DNA of 64,000 bases from an uncultured virus (IMG/VR IMGVR_UViG_3300036715_001702) (Duplodnaviria; Heunggongvirae; Uroviricota; Caudoviricetes), in IMG/VR virus record IMGVR_UViG_3300036715_001702; one strand, 5' to 3'. Of the stretch, positions 60,908 through 64,000 are shown piece after piece. The stretch's first letter is position 1. Every line of letters starts with the position of its first letter. The translations under genes and the position numbers were made by a program. Under the pieces are notes generated by a model, which was not told where the DNA came from, ran no database searches, and was given only the letters and a program-made list of their open reading frames with translations.

Positions 60908-61132
60908 ATGGCAACTTCATCAACTAAAAAAGCAGCTCCTAAAAAAGCTGCAGCGAAAAAGACTGTCGCAGCGAAAGCTCCAGCAAAAAAAGCAACAACT
61001 AAAGCTGCACCAGCTAAAAAAGCTGCACCAGCTAAAACTACAACAGCTAAAGTTGCACCAGCAAAATCTGCTGCTAAGAAAGCTGTAGTGAAGAAATCAG
61101 CTCCTAAAAAAGAAGCTGCTCGTCCTCAGTAG
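60908..61132 (+). CDS. Histone H1-like Lys/Ala/Pro-rich protein
   Basis: AAPAKK repeats; palindromic terminator at ~61160-61190. Confidence 0.8.
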   Translation: MATSSTKKAAPKKAAAKKTVAAKAPAKKATTKAAPAKKAAPAKTTTAKVAPAKSAAKKAVVKKSAPKKEAARPQ

Positions 61133-61213
61133 TTATAATAAAAATAGTTAAAATAGATAAAAAACTCTAAACATATGTTTAGAGTTTTTTTTGATAAAAT
61201 ATTTTTTATTCAA

Positions 61214-61390
61214 TTGAACTTTTGTATATTTGTAAAGTATAATATAGTAATGAAAAACAATTCAACGATATTGACCTTATGTATGATGCTGATTCTGAAG
61301 ATTGGTACTGGGCTATATATTTGTTAAATGTTAGATAAACATATTTTAATAATAAAAGCTCAGCTCGTAAGGTTGAGTTTTTTTATTTTT
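61214..61390 (+). promoter_or_regulatory. Attenuator 3 before the Leu/Leu/Met/Ile/Cys/Thr tRNAs and leuS
   Basis: TTGAAC-N18-TATAAT; ctgggct in the leader can pair with agctcag; terminator agctcagct-cgtaa-ggttgagtt plus T run. Confidence 0.85.
61250..61327 (+). CDS. Leader peptide MKNNSTILTLCMMLILKIGTGLYIC
   Basis: 11 consecutive T/I/L/C/M codons; ATG 6 nt after the -10 box. Confidence 0.85.
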   Translation: MKNNSTILTLCMMLILKIGTGLYIC

Positions 61391-61394
61391 ATTT

Positions 61395-61468
61395 GCCTCG
61401 TTAGTAGAGTTGGTTCATACTTCAGATTTAGAATCTGAAGATCGCTGGGTCGGAACCGGCACGAGGTA
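61395..61468 (+). tRNA. tRNA-Leu(TAG), short variable loop, atypical T-loop
   Basis: GCCTCGT/ACGAGGT; tcaga-ttTAGaa-tctga; T-loop GTCGGAA. Confidence 0.82.
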
Positions 61469-61475
61469 CAAAAAT

Positions 61476-61548
61476 AGTGCATTGATGCAGTTGGTTGACA
61501 TATTGGACTTAAAATCCAAGTACATCGGATCGTTCCAGATATGCACTA
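61476..61548 (+). tRNA. tRNA-Leu(TAA), short variable loop, atypical T-loop
   Basis: AGTGCAT/ATGCACT; ttgga-ctTAAaa-tccaa; T-loop ATCGTTC. Confidence 0.78.
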
Positions 61549-61560
61549 CAAAATATAAAT

Positions 61561-61632
61561 TGCCATGTAGCTCAGTGATAGAGCAATTCCCTCATAAGGA
61601 ATAGGTCTCGAGTTTAATCCTCGACATGGCGA
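61561..61632 (+). tRNA. tRNA(CAT): elongator Met or Ile2
   Basis: TGCCATG/CATGGCG; attcc-ctCATaa-ggaat. Confidence 0.85.
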
Positions 61633-61642
61633 CAACTAATAT

Positions 61643-61715
61643 AGTCTTATATGTCAGTGGTTAGACGGTCAAACTGATACTTTGAAGGTCGTGTGTTCGA
61701 ATCACACTAAGACTA
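61643..61715 (+). tRNA. tRNA-Ile(GAT)
   Basis: AGTCTTA/TAAGACT; tcaaa-ctGATac-tttga; TTCGAAT. Confidence 0.9.
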
Positions 61716-61726
61716 CTTTTAAAAAT

Positions 61727-61798
61727 GCTCATATGGCCGAGTGACTAGGTCACGATCTGCAAAATCGTTGTACGTTGGTTTGATCCCAACTATGAGCT
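61727..61798 (+). tRNA. tRNA-Cys(GCA)
   Basis: GCTCATA/TATGAGC, U73; acgat-ctGCAaa-atcgt. Confidence 0.88.
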
Positions 61799-61810
61799 CA
61801 AAATAAAAAT

Positions 61811-61882
61811 GCCGATATAGTTCAGTGTTAGAATGTCACATTTGTAATGTGAATGTCCTGGGTTAGATTCCTAGTATCGGCT
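61811..61882 (+). tRNA. tRNA-Thr(TGT)
   Basis: GCCGATA/TATCGGC; tcaca-ttTGTaa-tgtga. Confidence 0.88.
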
Positions 61883-61938
61883 CCGAATACTGATAGTGGC
61901 TCAGATTTTTTCATACATAATAAAAATATTAATTATGT

Positions 61939-63117
61939 ATGAAAAATAAGACTCAGTTTGATTATGAAAAATTAAAAAAAATTATTAGATCAAGGATTGT
62001 CAATTGATGAAATTTCATTTGAAATGAAAACATCAATATCAAATGTAAAAAGAAAAAAAATTGAATTAAAAACTGGATTAAAATATAATCTTAGAATTGT
62101 TAAAGAAGTTGAAAAAAAATAAAATGTTTATATTGCAAAAATGATATAAAAACAACACCAAATGGACAAAGAAAATTTTGCAGTAGGGTATGCTCTATTT
62201 CATATAGAAATCAAAACAGTGATATTAAAAATAAGTGTTTCAATTGTGAAAATGAAATAGAATCTTCTGACAAAAGAAGAAAATTTTGTAATAGTTCTTA
62301 TGCATCAATTTATAATAATAAAATAAGAATTAAAAAAGAAGCTAAGCGTGCTGAAAAAAGGATATATCATAAAAGAAATAATCAAAATAAAAAAAATGTC
62401 AAAATTGTAATAGTATTGTGAAATATTCAAAAAGTGTATATTGTAGTTCTAAATGTCAAAATCAATATCAAAGGAAACTAAAATTTGAAAAGATTGAAAA
62501 TGGAGATTTAACATTATCAACAAGAGTGTATAATATTAAGTAACTGATTTTATATCAATTTATATAAAAATATTTAAACTAAACCATTTTTATATAATAT
62601 ATGCTCTATTATCAATTAATTGATTAATTGATTAATGTTCATTGACATGTTGGTTGTATGAAATTTACAAATTCATACGTAAAACAAATGTAATAAAAAT
62701 ACATTTTTCGCACTGAAAAGTGCGAATATGAAATATTCGGTAGGGATGAGTAAACCCGAACCTGAACAAGAGATTGTTCTAAAAGATCGTGGAGATGCTG
62801 GGTTACTGGTGTCTATGAAGCAATAAGTAAAAAATGTTGGATAATTTTTCAATATTTTGCATTACTATAAATTATATCTTATAGATAAATATGGAGCAAA
62901 ATGTATGATATGCGGTTGGAATGAAATCAATCCTAAAAGTGGTAAAGTTCCAATTGAATTAGAACATAGTGATGGAAATTCTGCCAATAATAATTTAAAA
63001 AATTTAAAATTATTATGTCCTAATCATCACTCATTAACTCCTACTTATAAAGGCTTAAATAAAGGTAATGGTAGAGCAAATAGAATGAAAAGATATCATG
63101 ATTGTAAATCATGGTAA
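61939..63117 (+). pseudogene. HNH endonuclease with Zn-finger repeats, broken by poly-A frameshifts and element B
   Basis: CxxC...(F/Y)CS repeats; ELEHSDGNSANNNLKNLKLLCPNHH; removing the element gives STRVY|KLYLIDKYG. Confidence 0.85.
62533..62865 (+). mobile_element. 333-bp non-autonomous IS element copy B with TnpB-tail/omegaRNA-like right end
   Basis: TATA at 62529-32 and 62866-69; gtagggatgagtaaacccgaa...gtggag...gtctatgaagca resembles TnpB 3' ends. Confidence 0.92.
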
Positions 63118-63218
63118 ACATAGGTTTATATAACATACAGTAAAAAATATTGTTTAAATAAACGCCAAGTGTTAGTTATATAAAAACTATGAAATAATAA
63201 TGAATAAAATCTTAGTGT

Positions 63219-64000
63219 ATGGAAACAAAAAATAAAATATACGTTAACGTTGCATTTCCTTATCCTTCAGGAGCAGGATTACATGTAGGTCATAGTTACA
63301 ATTATGCTATCATTGATAGCTACTGTAGATGGTTAACATATTATCAAAACAAAGAAGTGTTTCAACCTTTTGGTTACGACGCACATGGTTTACCGACGGA
63401 ATTATATGCTGCTAAACATAATAGAGAACCAAGAGATGTAGCTTATGAAAACATTAACAAATTCAGAAATCAGATGCAAGATATGCATACTAACTATGTA
63501 GAAAAATTAATCACATCGGATACATCTTATCAAAAATGGACACAATGGCTGTTTTTAAAATTAAAGGAACATGGATTATGTTATAAGAAGAAAGCTGTAG
63601 TTTGTAGATGTCCCAGTTGCGAAACAGTAGTTTCTAATGAACAAGTAGAAAACGGGAAATGTGAAAGATGTTCCACCCCTGTAGAACAAAAAGAAATGGA
63701 TCAGTGGTATTTCAAGATCACTGATTACAGAGAAAGATTAATTAAAAATTTAGGACATTTAGATTATCCTGCAAAGACGAAAAAGATGCAGATCAATTGG
63801 TTAGAATCTATTACTGATTGGTGTGTATCAAGACAACGTAAATGGGGATGTCCTATTCCTATAGAAGGAGAGCTGGACACTATAGATACATTTGTTGATT
63901 CAAGCATATACTATATCAGATATAATGATCCTGAAAACGAAAATGAATTATGCTCGAAAGATAAATACAAACAAGTCGATTTATATGTGATAGGTTCTGA
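63219..64000 (+). CDS. leuS: Leucyl-tRNA synthetase lacking the CP1 editing domain; partial
   Basis: FPYPSGAGLHVGH, GYDAHGLP, QWYFKIT, MQINW-LESIT-DWCVSRQRKWG, DTFVDSS. Confidence 0.93.
   Translation, partial: METKNKIYVNVAFPYPSGAGLHVGHSYNYAIIDSYCRWLTYYQNKEVFQPFGYDAHGLPTELYAAKHNREPRDVAYENINKFRNQMQDMHTNYVEKLITSDTSYQKWTQWLFLKLKEHGLCYKKKAVVCRCPSCETVVSNEQVENGKCERCSTPVEQKEMDQWYFKITDYRERLIKNLGHLDYPAKTKKMQINWLESITDWCVSRQRKWGCPIPIEGELDTIDTFVDSSIYYIRYNDPENENELCSKDKYKQVDLYVIGS

Noticed and set aside
61395..61468. TAG and TAA anticodons as suppressor tRNAs
   Set aside because: Read 5'-3' they decode CTA and TTA (Leu), not stop codons.

Overview
AT-rich 64 kb segment of a T4-like jumbo phage. The host is probably Bacteroidota: TAnnTTTG promoters, no Shine-Dalgarno sites, and a Gly resume codon in the tmRNA. 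Replication and nucleotide genes: nrdA with an intein, nrdB, thyA, dCMP deaminase, gmk, gp41-like helicase, clamp-like protein, NAD ligase, DinG and Suv3 helicases, and a UvsX/RecA fractured by a split intein. Translation/proteostasis kit: 12 tRNAs in three clusters, tmRNA, SmpB, ClpP, DnaJ, a disrupted TyrRS and a CP1-less LeuRS. Main finding: each tRNA cluster is preceded by the same promoter, a short 'MKN...' leader ORF and antiterminator/terminator hairpins. The leader codons match the downstream tRNAs (Tyr/Gln; Leu/Met/Ile/Cys/Thr; less clearly Gly/Glu/Pro), which suggests ribosome-mediated attenuation of phage tRNA(+aaRS) operons. Also present: three related non-autonomous IS elements that appear to keep TnpB omegaRNA-like ends, six hypervariable LRR-like paralogs, many proteins with T4-type capsid-targeting N-termini, a stand-alone HisKA-like peptide, and tRNAs with swapped variable-arm classes. 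All calls come from reading motifs by eye; no database searches were run.
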